Of a stretch of 38,611 nucleotides of DNA, positions 8,977-18,938 are shown piece after piece. The notes beneath the pieces are model-generated. The model made no database searches. It saw only the letters and a list, made by a program, of their open reading frames with translations, and was not told the origin of the DNA. This DNA is from a virus (lineage: Duplodnaviria; Caudoviricetes). Within the stretch, counting starts at the first letter, position 1. Every line of letters starts with the position of its first letter. The DNA lies in IMG/VR virus record IMGVR_UViG_3300044513_002895, positions 1-38,611 of that record; one strand, written 5' to 3'. Made by a program: the position numbers and the translations under genes.

Positions 8977-9071
8977 TGGACTTTATAAACTTCCTGATTT
9001 GGCTTTGTTCGTTTGTATGTATTATCTATATTGTTCGCATATTATTTTACAACAACCACGATTTATACTAA
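8973..9071 (+). CDS. Single-TM micro-protein (32 aa; not in ORF track)
   Basis: MMDFINFLIWLCSFVCIIYIVRILFYNNHDLY, with an ATGA overlap upstream and a TAATG overlap downstream. Confidence 0.65.
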   Translation: MMDFINFLIWLCSFVCIIYIVRILFYNNHDLY

Positions 9072-9517
9072 TGAGAACTAAGGCAGGTGTATTTAGGAAG
9101 GACTCTTATGATCTGAACAATGATTCTGCTATATCTAAGGTGCAAAAATATCTCCAAGATAATGGGTTTAATGTAGAGGACAAGCAAGTGGAAGACTACG
9201 ACATCGACATTATAGCAAATAAAAATGGTATAAAGTACAGAATAGAGGTGGAGGTTAAGAACACTTACTTTGAAGATGAAGGGACATATCCTTTTGACAC
9301 TGTATCTTTTTTAGGAAGAAAGAAAAAGTATAGTGATCCTGGAATGTTCTACTACTTTTTGCTGTCAACAAAGCACAATAGTTTTTTGTATTGCGAAAGC
9401 GATATAATATATAAAGAGAAACACAAGGAAACTGCAACCGTAAACACTTCGCAGCGATATGGTGAAGATTTGTTTTACAGGGTTCCAAAAGAACTTTGTA
9501 AATTTAGACAATTTTAA
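9071..9517 (+). CDS. PD-(D/E)xK-family endonuclease-like protein (148 aa)
   Basis: YDIDII...RIEVEVK catalytic pattern. Start moved from TTG 8999 to the coupled ATG at 9071. Confidence 0.7.
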   Translation: MRTKAGVFRKDSYDLNNDSAISKVQKYLQDNGFNVEDKQVEDYDIDIIANKNGIKYRIEVEVKNTYFEDEGTYPFDTVSFLGRKKKYSDPGMFYYFLLSTKHNSFLYCESDIIYKEKHKETATVNTSQRYGEDLFYRVPKELCKFRQF

Positions 9518-9522
9518 TATGT

Positions 9523-10008
9523 ATGCCATTAGATCCAAAACGAGTTGTAGTAAACAGACTTCCTTTCAACGGAGAATATCCTTTACTTTCTGAATTGGTA
9601 AAAACTATTGACGAGAAAGAAGGATCTGAACACGGCTACTATTACATAGACATGGGCAAGACAAAAGTGTCTGGCACAAAACAAATACTTGTAACTAGGT
9701 TTGCTGAAAACATAATACTATGGTTATGTGATTTATTTAAAATTACTGTAAAGCAAGCCATATATCTTGAAGGTGCTTTTTCTGGATTAATATTTGAATA
9801 CTACATGTTACTATATGATTTAGAAATTGATGGAGTATCTAGATATGTTTGCCTAACTGATGAAGCTCTGATTGAAAACTTAGATCCAATACTGTACCCA
9901 GAAGTGTTTTGTGAAACTTTAGATCAAGCACAGTTTTATTTTATTAATGTTGCAGTTATTAATAACATAATAGATATATACGAAGAAGACGATAGATACG
10001 ATGATTAG
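9523..10008 (+). CDS. Hypothetical protein (161 aa)
   Basis: ATG ORF packed between two nuclease genes; no motif recognised. Confidence 0.7.
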   Translation: MPLDPKRVVVNRLPFNGEYPLLSELVKTIDEKEGSEHGYYYIDMGKTKVSGTKQILVTRFAENIILWLCDLFKITVKQAIYLEGAFSGLIFEYYMLLYDLEIDGVSRYVCLTDEALIENLDPILYPEVFCETLDQAQFYFINVAVINNIIDIYEEDDRYDD

Positions 10009-10453
10009 ACGTTATAAAAAAGGAAAACAAAAGACCAGAAGTACAAAGGTCACGATGGATGGAATTCAATTTGCAAGTAAATTAGAGCTCCACATGTATA
10101 AAGTACTTAAAAAGATGAAGGTACCATTTACTTACGAAGGACAGACGTATGTGATTGTAGATGGATTCTTTTCTGAGAATGTATCTTATGAGAAGACAAG
10201 GCTACAGAAAGAGCTGCACAATAGAGGAGAAAAAAAGATCCTTCCGATTAAATATACGCCAGACTTTGTGGATAAAGAGTATCCTCCTAGGTTTATTATA
10301 GAGTGCAAGGGTAATCCTAACGAGGCTTTTCCTATGAGATGGAAGCTATTCAAAAAGTTTTTGCACGATCAAGACATTCAGGCACAGTTATTTATGCCAA
10401 GAAACCAAAAAGATTGCGAAAAAGTTGGTGAGTTATTGAAAGAAATTTTGTAG
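10001..10453 (+). CDS. Endonuclease, T7 endonuclease I / DUF1064-like (putative Holliday junction resolvase)
   Basis: DGIQFASKLE, FTYE, YTPDF and IIECKG motifs. Confidence 0.82.
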   Translation: MIRRYKKGKQKTRSTKVTMDGIQFASKLELHMYKVLKKMKVPFTYEGQTYVIVDGFFSENVSYEKTRLQKELHNRGEKKILPIKYTPDFVDKEYPPRFIIECKGNPNEAFPMRWKLFKKFLHDQDIQAQLFMPRNQKDCEKVGELLKEIL

Positions 10454-10556
10454 ATTTGATTGAATATTTCACTTAATTAAATTTATAAAGACAGGAAACT
10501 GACTTTGTTATTAGAACTTTATCCATATTCATTGTTTGGATTTTTGTTTGACAGAG

Positions 10557-10594
10557 AAAAGAGGGAGCGACACACGTGATCGTTCCCTTTTTTT
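10557..10594. terminator. Probably bidirectional intrinsic terminator between the convergent modules
   Basis: AAAAG-AGGGAGCGA-cacacgtga-TCGTTCCCT-T run, abutting the stop of the 2221-aa gene. Confidence 0.8.
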
Positions 10595-13500
10595 ATTCTA
10601 GCTTACCTTTAGATAAGTCATTATATATAGACCATGTTCTTCCTGGTATCCTTCTTCCTGCTTTTATAGACATTTTTATAACCATTGATCTATCTTCACC
10701 ACTTAAGTCTGGTCCATACCACTTGTATATTTCACGTGCTTGTAATTCTGAATTGTTTTCGTATGCTATATCAAAGTACTTTTGATTTACATCTCTGTTC
10801 TTCATATATCTTGTATACCTTCTCAAATATACAGCTCGCATTTGTGGAGGAAAGGTTTCTATTATAAAATCTCGGACTTCTTGTGGAAGTACAGTTGCTT
10901 TATCAAGCTCACCATTTTTATTTAGTCTCTTGATCATGGTGTATACCTTTTGTTCATTGTTGTAGATATCAGACTTTTGTCTTAATAACTCTATTTGTCT
11001 GTCGTTTACTTCCTCGTAAGATTTTATATTTGGATTTGTTGTTCTCTTTACTTTAGCAGAAACGTCACTTGATATAGTTTTTATAAATTCATCAACTGTT
11101 TGAGTTCTAGAACCCCATTCGGTTGGTATAACATTAGCTACTCCATATATCATAGACATCAATAGATTAGTCTTTGGGTTTGTGACTATCTTTTCTAATG
11201 CAGCCTGAGATCTGATAGGTGAAACACTTAAGCCCATTCCAGCTAAACCTTGAGATACAAATTTATATAGATTGTTTACTTTATCATTTTGTAAGCCTTC
11301 GTATTCTGGAAGCACGTCTTCAGGACCAAAGTATATTTTCTTGTCAAAGAAAGTATCTTCATTTCCGATATATGTAAGAGCTGCCGAAACTGTAGGTATT
11401 CTAGCATCAAGATCATTTAATGATATTGGCATTGCTTTTTCAAAAGCGTCTTTAGTAGTCTCAAGATCAAACTCTATGTTTAAGCCATATTTTTCATTTA
11501 AAATGGCTAGTCCAGCCTGATTACCTAAAGTTGCAACCATAGCTGTTGCTGGGTTTCTTCTGATTCTGATATATTCTATATTGCCATCTTTGTCTAAACC
11601 TGTTGGTATCAATGTGTACTGTGTTTTTTCCCATGTACCAGTATCGTCAATGAATTTCTTCATCAATTTTTTAGCTTCATCTTCATCATTTCCAGCTAGT
11701 CCTTGTATTATCATATAGGATATAGCTGGAGTTGCTCCTGCAAACAGTAATGCTTGAGCATATTTAACGGATGTAATCTTTGAATCTTCTTGAAATGCAT
11801 CTGCAACCTTTCTGGTTCCCTGAAATGCTGCGTTTAAATATGGTGCTACCTTATCTATGCCTTTTATAGTGTTTCCTCCCTCTGAGAAGTTTATAGTATT
11901 TCTGGCTGCTAATGCTGCTTCGTGCATTATGTCTTCTAAAGCCTGTCCTGTTGGATTAAGACCATGTGCCTTAACGTATTCTTTTAAAAGGTTGCTTTTT
12001 TGTTTTTGATATGCAGCTAATCTAAACGTAAGTTCAGAAGTTTGTCCAATATATGAAAGGGCTTGTCCTAATCTTAAAGCAATTTTCTGTCCTGTATTTT
12101 TTAATCTACCATATTCTTTTCTTCTCTGTAAGTCTTTGATACCTTCTCTAGAAAGATAGTCCATGGATCCCCCATGCATTGCAAATTCTTTATAGAGTTG
12201 ATCAAATGAAGAACTAGAACCTAACACTTCAGTAAACTCAGTCATGTCAGATCTCATCTTTCTTGCAGCAATAGTAATTGCATCAATCCCTAATTCTAAC
12301 GCTGCCTTAGGAAGAAATGCACTATATATTTTGTTGTTTAGTAGGATGTTGCTGAAATCCATAGGAGCTGCTGGCAATACAAACAAAGGGTTCCCTATTG
12401 TAGCCATGTATCTTAATGTTCTTGCACCAAGTAACCAATCGAACTTCCAAGTATCTATCAGTTGCATTGCTTTAGTATAGTTCTCTGGCTTTATGTCCAA
12501 CATTTGTCTTGCCATTTCGGTGTTCATAACAATGAACTTAGGATTTCCTTTGTCATAAAACTTTAATACCGAAGTACCCTTAGGTCTGTTTTTATCTCTA
12601 TCTGATTCGTGCTTATATTTAAGCCTATATACAGGCTCACTTGCCTTGTCTACAGTCCCCCTGGTATCTCCAACTTTAACTTTACCTATTACTGGGTTGT
12701 CATATATAAGACCATCAAACGCTTCTTTGTTATTTTCATATGCATCGTTAAAGGCTGACAACATTTTATTTGCAAAGACTTTGTTTTGTGTAACTGCTGT
12801 GTGCATACGAAGCAACCAACGCACATCGTTTATAATCTCCTGAGAGTTTTGATCAGTTAAACCTTTTATATCCTGCTTGCTTAGACCATACTTGAGCATA
12901 ATATGATCAAATTGTTCTCCATCGTATAAGGCTTCGTTGTCTTGTACAATGTTTTGTATTGCAAGCATAGGACTGTACTCTACATCTTTGAACCTCAAGT
13001 AAGTTTCTTCATCTATTCTACCTGCTTTGTACAACAGTTTTAAATTATTAGAGAAGCCATCAAATACTGCGGTTGCTCTTTCCATTAACTCATTAAACTT
13101 ACCTTCTCCTATCTTATCCTGTAGGCTATTTAATATTCCTTGAGCAACATTTCCGTCTATTCTTACCTCTTCTCCTTTTTCATTGAGACCAACTCTATCA
13201 TATGCAGTGTCACCTCGCCTAGCTCTATTTTCATTAATAGAGATAACACGTCTTAACTGCACTATTTTGTTTAAAGTGTCCTCATCTTTAGCCTTTAATC
13301 CTTTAAATGCCTTTTCATGATACTCATCAAATTGTGCTGCTGCTGCACCATTAGATCCTTGTGAAGTCTTCATTACGTTATAAGCTCTAATAGCCTCTTT
13401 ACTACCCTCACCTTTTAAAAACTTACCTATCTGTCTTTGTCTATCAAAAGTGTTTCCTAAAGATCGACCAATTTTTCCCATCAAGGTTTTCTTAGGCTTA

Positions 13501-16500
13501 GTTAATTCAGCTGCTTTCTTCGCACCTCTATCGTATAAGTCATCAAATGCGTTAATCTGTTCTTCAGTAGCCCTTTGTAAAAGTGTTATAGTTTCTTGTG
13601 GTGCTACTTCTTTTAAAGTACTTGTTGGTTGACCTCCCATTGCTGCACGTGCTGCCTGTGACTTACCCCTTTGCCCTAGAGGTGTTTGATTTCCTGTCTT
13701 TGGAACAAAATCTGGTGCAACTTTTCTAACATCATATGCTTCATTAAAGACCATTATAGGACTTCCCTTCACTACAAACGGATAGGATGGATGTGTTTTT
13801 ATTGAGGTTGTTTTTCTGCTGTCTATAACATCGCTATTCTTATCAAATTGAATCGCTGATACAATATCACCATATTCAACTTTAGATAATGCAGGGTCGT
13901 TAACATATTCAGACATGGTTATTCCATGTCTTGAGTTTCTATTCTTAACGTTATCACCAAAATCAAACCTTGGTATTCCAGTTTCTTTTTCCATTCCAGC
14001 GTTAAACAACTTACTATAGAATCCATTTCTTGACTCATAGTTAGTTGCTTTTTCTCCACTATATGGAAATAATTTTGATAAATCATTTATGTCGTTTACT
14101 CTGCCTGGAAGACCTTTAGATTGTAAGTAATCTGAGTAACTTGTACCTTTCTTGTACGAACTTTCCAATACTTCATTTATTCTGTCCAAAATAAATTTTG
14201 AGTCCGCTCCATTGTTTACTGCATTGTAAACTTCTTTGATAGCATATTCTTGAAATGAATTACTACCTAAAATTCCTGAACCAGCCTGACTCATCACAAG
14301 CCCAACACCATCAGTTTCTTTTGCTTTATTTAAAACTTTTCTGGCGTTTGCTTCATCAGTGAAAGCCCATGCACCTTGATCAAGATATGGATACAAAAAC
14401 CCACCCATAAAGTCATGTTCTACTCCAGTTGGAGACATTATTCGTCCAGTCACTGCTTGATCCGCTGCAAATATGAATGCTCTAGCACCATCAAGGTCAC
14501 TTAGTGTACCACGCTTTATTTTGTTTACGTCCACACCTAATCTGGAAACAAGTTGTAAATCTATTTTTCTACCAGTTGGTTTATCATTCTTCGCTGATAT
14601 TACAATAGACCCTAATTCCTGACCAGCTTCTATGTTTTCACCTCTACTTACTTTCTCTAGGTTTTCTACGTTAAGAGACAGCACTTCCGCCTTAGTAATT
14701 TTCTTACCCTGAGAAACTTTACCGCTAAGAGTGTTTAAAAGATTTTTAATATTAAGATCTTGTATATCTTTATCAGTGAACAAGTCTTTCATTCCTAAAG
14801 CACGTGCTGTATTATTTACCCACTGCTTTATCTTTTGTCTAGTACTGGCTTTGAATTTAGTTTCTGACGCTGCTATTTTACCAAACAACTCACTAAGTCT
14901 TTCTTCATTCTGTATGCTTTCATCATACTGCTCAACAAAAGCCTCAATTTCAGCTTCTAATTCTGTGCCTGCAATGTCTGCTTTTATAGCATTAAGCATC
15001 GACTCAAGGCTTCCTTTGTACTTAGATGCATCAATACCAAATGCCTTCTTTAACAAAACATGAAAGGCTTCGTGTGCAGCCGTAGTTTTATCAGCTTTAG
15101 TAAGGTTTATATGTAGTATGCCATTGCTGTCGAAAGCACCTCTCGCACCTCCCTCAACTTCTTTTGCTTCTGGTATTGCCTGTTCAAATGATTCGTTATT
15201 TTCGTGGATTACCACACCCATTTCAGGGGCAATATTTTCTAATGCATTCTTTACATTTTCAACCGACTGAACTAATTCTAGTTTATCTGAATCTAGTGTT
15301 GGATCAAGTGAATCCTTATACTCTTGTAGCTTAGTATTGTCTGTAAGATCAACTCCATCTGCAATATAAGGTGCTTGAACTGTTTCTTGTACTTCGCCTT
15401 TTTCTAGCACAAACTCATTTGCTTTGGTATTTACTACTCTTTCTTTTCCAAATGAAGTTACAATATCATTTATTTGTTGCTGATACTCGTTAAATCTTTT
15501 TTGTAGACCTTCTATAGCTTGATTCTTTTGCTCTTCAGTTAAGTTAGTAGAATTTAAAATCTTAGGAATATAGCTATTCATTTCCACTTGCTTTTCATAT
15601 AGAGTTTTAATTCTATCAGCATATTCTTGGGGAATGTTTTTAGCTATTTCATCTACAGATTTATTTATATCTCTAAGCTCTTCAACGTAACCGTTTCTAG
15701 TTTCTTTTAGAACAATCTTTTCTTCTACAGACAATGAAGGCTTTGTTAATTGATCTTCTATACTAGCTACTTCTTTTATCAATTCTTCCTGTCTCTGTTT
15801 TTGTTCGTCTGTTTTGACAGCTGATATAGTTTCGTAGCCTAGAGCCAATGTTTTAGCTCCTGCACCACCTACCATACCTTGTAATAGTGCCTCGATAGCA
15901 GGCTTAGATGTCATATACTCACCTAATATTTTCCCTACATCTCCTGGATCTCTTTTAGCTACAAGCTCATTCATTTTTTCTAATATAGCCTGGAAGTATT
16001 CGGTTCCTCCCTCAACCCCTGAGGCTATTGTAGCTTGAACAAACTTACTTACAACACCTGCACCTTTAGACATAACTCCACCCAAGACTTCGTCCATACC
16101 TAGCTTCTCTAGCCCATGTGCTAAAACACCAACCATTAAACCTGGCAAGATTTCTTGCTGTTTTGTTTTGTATAGCTCTTGTGTTGTTATTCCTAAGTCT
16201 TCAGCTTTAGATTGGTTGTACGATTCTATTGATCTAGCAATCATGTCAGTTGCTAAACCAACACCACCTGTAAATCTTCGTTGTATTGCACTGGCTCCAA
16301 AAGATGTCATGGCATTAAATGCACCTGCAATAAACTTACCTGAATTGTCAAGAGTTACTTCTGGTAGCTCAATAGACTGTAGACCCCCTGCGATCATTAC
16401 AGGCATTCTAAATGTAGTCATGTCAGTAAACCCTAACGTGGGACCAACATACGACTTCATCTTCTGTATTTTTGCATCTGCCTCAGCAAAATAAGCGTCC

Positions 16501-17258
16501 GTATCTATATCAGTAAGTTGTTTTATTTCGTCTTTAAGATCTAAATCACCAACCTCTTTCATGAAAATACCCATAAGCCAGTCGGCATATGGCACGGTAG
16601 AAACTAATTGATTAGCTAAATTTCCCATGCTAGTAAATAAGGAGTCTGCTGTGCTTATCTCTTCTTTACCTTCGGCAACTCTTTGTAATCTTTCTTTTCT
16701 TTCTTGTCTAGCTTTAGCATCACCAGCAGAAACTCTGTAATCTTCTTCAGCTTCTGTTATTGGAAGTAGTTCCCCTTGATCTCTTGGCTCCTCAAGTTCA
16801 CGGTTTTCTTCCTGAGCTTTATTTTCTACGTATCCAGAAAATTCTTCCCACGCCTTGTCAAGTTTCTCTTGTTTGTGCTGTTTAGCAATTTCGTTAGGAT
16901 CAACTCCTGGCTCGTATCCGTAATTGAATACTGTATCTTCCTTTTGTGAAGGACCAAATCCAGTCTCGACTTGATTTTTTTTTTGAGTACTAACACTTTC
17001 ATTTACACCTACGTGTGACTTGAATTGTTCTACAGTTCCCCTGTAACCCCCAGCTACAGCAAGCTCATACGCATCTGTACACGCCTCATCGTTGCTACAA
17101 AGTAACTGCATGAAATCATTCTTATCACCTTTATATCCTCTATCCCAAAAATCAGAATACACGTCATTGAAAAATGACTCGTTTCTAGCTGGCATCTTGG
17201 GCTCTGTTTGCTGTGTAGGTGCTTGTGGCGATTGTAAGTTTACGTTTTCTTCTTCCAT
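10593..17258 (-). CDS. Large internal virion / polyvalent protein (2221 aa) with zincin-like HExxH domain and LPD38-like C-terminus
   Basis: GILHINL...TTAAHEAFHVLL...EERLSE metallopeptidase-like pattern; C-terminal AARNTINFSEGG...APYLNAAFQG resembles LPD38; last gene of the virion module. Confidence 0.78.
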   Translation of the reverse strand: MEEENVNLQSPQAPTQQTEPKMPARNESFFNDVYSDFWDRGYKGDKNDFMQLLCSNDEACTDAYELAVAGGYRGTVEQFKSHVGVNESVSTQKKNQVETGFGPSQKEDTVFNYGYEPGVDPNEIAKQHKQEKLDKAWEEFSGYVENKAQEENRELEEPRDQGELLPITEAEEDYRVSAGDAKARQERKERLQRVAEGKEEISTADSLFTSMGNLANQLVSTVPYADWLMGIFMKEVGDLDLKDEIKQLTDIDTDAYFAEADAKIQKMKSYVGPTLGFTDMTTFRMPVMIAGGLQSIELPEVTLDNSGKFIAGAFNAMTSFGASAIQRRFTGGVGLATDMIARSIESYNQSKAEDLGITTQELYKTKQQEILPGLMVGVLAHGLEKLGMDEVLGGVMSKGAGVVSKFVQATIASGVEGGTEYFQAILEKMNELVAKRDPGDVGKILGEYMTSKPAIEALLQGMVGGAGAKTLALGYETISAVKTDEQKQRQEELIKEVASIEDQLTKPSLSVEEKIVLKETRNGYVEELRDINKSVDEIAKNIPQEYADRIKTLYEKQVEMNSYIPKILNSTNLTEEQKNQAIEGLQKRFNEYQQQINDIVTSFGKERVVNTKANEFVLEKGEVQETVQAPYIADGVDLTDNTKLQEYKDSLDPTLDSDKLELVQSVENVKNALENIAPEMGVVIHENNESFEQAIPEAKEVEGGARGAFDSNGILHINLTKADKTTAAHEAFHVLLKKAFGIDASKYKGSLESMLNAIKADIAGTELEAEIEAFVEQYDESIQNEERLSELFGKIAASETKFKASTRQKIKQWVNNTARALGMKDLFTDKDIQDLNIKNLLNTLSGKVSQGKKITKAEVLSLNVENLEKVSRGENIEAGQELGSIVISAKNDKPTGRKIDLQLVSRLGVDVNKIKRGTLSDLDGARAFIFAADQAVTGRIMSPTGVEHDFMGGFLYPYLDQGAWAFTDEANARKVLNKAKETDGVGLVMSQAGSGILGSNSFQEYAIKEVYNAVNNGADSKFILDRINEVLESSYKKGTSYSDYLQSKGLPGRVNDINDLSKLFPYSGEKATNYESRNGFYSKLFNAGMEKETGIPRFDFGDNVKNRNSRHGITMSEYVNDPALSKVEYGDIVSAIQFDKNSDVIDSRKTTSIKTHPSYPFVVKGSPIMVFNEAYDVRKVAPDFVPKTGNQTPLGQRGKSQAARAAMGGQPTSTLKEVAPQETITLLQRATEEQINAFDDLYDRGAKKAAELTKPKKTLMGKIGRSLGNTFDRQRQIGKFLKGEGSKEAIRAYNVMKTSQGSNGAAAAQFDEYHEKAFKGLKAKDEDTLNKIVQLRRVISINENRARRGDTAYDRVGLNEKGEEVRIDGNVAQGILNSLQDKIGEGKFNELMERATAVFDGFSNNLKLLYKAGRIDEETYLRFKDVEYSPMLAIQNIVQDNEALYDGEQFDHIMLKYGLSKQDIKGLTDQNSQEIINDVRWLLRMHTAVTQNKVFANKMLSAFNDAYENNKEAFDGLIYDNPVIGKVKVGDTRGTVDKASEPVYRLKYKHESDRDKNRPKGTSVLKFYDKGNPKFIVMNTEMARQMLDIKPENYTKAMQLIDTWKFDWLLGARTLRYMATIGNPLFVLPAAPMDFSNILLNNKIYSAFLPKAALELGIDAITIAARKMRSDMTEFTEVLGSSSSFDQLYKEFAMHGGSMDYLSREGIKDLQRRKEYGRLKNTGQKIALRLGQALSYIGQTSELTFRLAAYQKQKSNLLKEYVKAHGLNPTGQALEDIMHEAALAARNTINFSEGGNTIKGIDKVAPYLNAAFQGTRKVADAFQEDSKITSVKYAQALLFAGATPAISYMIIQGLAGNDEDEAKKLMKKFIDDTGTWEKTQYTLIPTGLDKDGNIEYIRIRRNPATAMVATLGNQAGLAILNEKYGLNIEFDLETTKDAFEKAMPISLNDLDARIPTVSAALTYIGNEDTFFDKKIYFGPEDVLPEYEGLQNDKVNNLYKFVSQGLAGMGLSVSPIRSQAALEKIVTNPKTNLLMSMIYGVANVIPTEWGSRTQTVDEFIKTISSDVSAKVKRTTNPNIKSYEEVNDRQIELLRQKSDIYNNEQKVYTMIKRLNKNGELDKATVLPQEVRDFIIETFPPQMRAVYLRRYTRYMKNRDVNQKYFDIAYENNSELQAREIYKWYGPDLSGEDRSMVIKMSIKAGRRIPGRTWSIYNDLSKGKLE

Positions 17259-18931
17259 TAGTCTACTGTGTAACTATTATACTTACCTTTCTCTTGATTA
17301 GCTTTTATTCTAGCATCTAATATTTTTTGCCAATCTTGGAATTGAATTGGATCTCTTCCAGTTGCGGTTAATATAGAATTGTAATCAGACATGTTTGCTG
17401 GTCTGTACTTTGTACGCATTGGCTGCTTTGTATACACAGGAACCTCTTTTCCACTATTAACATCATAAGTCATTTGTGGAGTTCCGTCTGGATTCATAGC
17501 AGGGACTTGTGCATCATATGCAAATTCAACTTCTACATAACCTGACTCTGCGTCTGCCATATCTCCCATCCACATAACATTTTGTGCTTTTGTTCCTGGA
17601 GGTAATTTGTTTGATTGTATGTCGGCTTCTAAGTTTATAAAGTCACCCCTTTCTTTTCCAGTTCCTAGAATGACATTATCCATGTTGATACCTTTTCCAT
17701 CAGTTGGATAGTTAGCCACTACTAATCTGTCTTCATCACTATCAGTATATCTTCTTTTTTCTTGAGCTGATTTAGTCATTGGAGTTCTCATAGACTTAGC
17801 TCTCTCGACTGGATCGTCATATGGTTTAGAAGACTCCATAGCACGGAGCTCGTTCATAAGCTTGTTATTCAAACCTTCTTTTAAAGCGTCATCTATAGCT
17901 TTTACTTTCTCTGGATTGTCTTCGTATCCTAAAACATCTGCATCTTTAATACCCATAGCATCAAAGTCACCTCCTAGCTTTTTGAGAGCATCTAGCTTTT
18001 CTGTTGGAGATAATCCTTTTATAGCCATAGACATTAGCTCATCTTGATCTGGACTAAGTTTTCTTCCTCCTTCACCATCAGGCTGAGTGTATCTTGTGTA
18101 TTCACGGCTACCAGCTCTGTATATGTCTCCAGCTTTTTCTAAACCTCTAATACGATCTGTCATAGAATTAAGATCAGCACCTGGCTCATTCTGTAACATA
18201 CTTGTGAGCTTGCTCATTGGGATTCTAGTGGGACCAGTAGTTTGACCTGTGCCTGCATTAGATACTGTTGTAGTTTTCGTTTCTCCTATTTGTATTTTAC
18301 CATCAACAACTTTTGACTCAATGCCTGTAGGAACTTTACTTGCTGTAGACGGATCTGCTTCTTCTCCTGGGATTCTTATTTCTACATTACCATTAGCATC
18401 CACTCCAAAAGCTACATTTTTTGTCATAGCTTCTAACTGTCGAAGCTTCATGTGGTCAGCCTCAGAGTCTTTACCTGCTTGTACTTTTGCATCAAGTTCT
18501 TTTTTAAAAGAGGAGATCTTATCATATACACCAGACTTCAAGTTTCCAATCTGTCCCTTCATTCTAGTGTTTCTACGTCTTACCTCATTTTCATCAATCT
18601 TACCCATTCGGTAAAGTTGCTGAGTCATTTCAAACTCTGACTTTAATACATTGGCTAACTTCTGACCTGCTGCATCTACATCAGTAATACCTGTATCGTC
18701 AAACTGATCTTCATATGCTAGTGCACCGTATAAGTCTTGTTGTTCTTTTTCGAAATCTTTTCTTGCTTGAGTAAATTTATCTTGAGCATCTTGCTCTCTA
18801 ATTTTTTTCCTCTCTGCAATATCTCCAGCTCTAAATGCGATATCCGCAAACCCTGGCGTACTACCAGAACCACGTCTACCACCTGTTTGACCTTGTGATG
18901 CATAACCTGCTGCTAATGCTCCTTTTGCCAT
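17258..18931 (-). CDS. Putative internal virion (ejection) protein (557 aa)
   Basis: Ala/Gly-rich N-terminus followed by charged helices; lies between the small ejection protein and the giant protein. Confidence 0.6.
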   Translation of the reverse strand: MAKGALAAGYASQGQTGGRRGSGSTPGFADIAFRAGDIAERKKIREQDAQDKFTQARKDFEKEQQDLYGALAYEDQFDDTGITDVDAAGQKLANVLKSEFEMTQQLYRMGKIDENEVRRRNTRMKGQIGNLKSGVYDKISSFKKELDAKVQAGKDSEADHMKLRQLEAMTKNVAFGVDANGNVEIRIPGEEADPSTASKVPTGIESKVVDGKIQIGETKTTTVSNAGTGQTTGPTRIPMSKLTSMLQNEPGADLNSMTDRIRGLEKAGDIYRAGSREYTRYTQPDGEGGRKLSPDQDELMSMAIKGLSPTEKLDALKKLGGDFDAMGIKDADVLGYEDNPEKVKAIDDALKEGLNNKLMNELRAMESSKPYDDPVERAKSMRTPMTKSAQEKRRYTDSDEDRLVVANYPTDGKGINMDNVILGTGKERGDFINLEADIQSNKLPPGTKAQNVMWMGDMADAESGYVEVEFAYDAQVPAMNPDGTPQMTYDVNSGKEVPVYTKQPMRTKYRPANMSDYNSILTATGRDPIQFQDWQKILDARIKANQEKGKYNSYTVD

Positions 18932-18938
18932 GTCTTAA

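Noticed and set aside
8999-9070. Hydrophobic N-terminal extension of the nuclease from TTG 8999
   Set aside because: Better explained by the separate micro-gene 8973..9071 and a coupled ATG at 9071.
10593-17258. Giant virion protein as a crAss-type virion RNA polymerase
   Set aside because: I found no DFDID/DxDGD-type catalytic motif in a plausible context; the motifs fit a polyvalent ejection protein better. A profile search would settle it.
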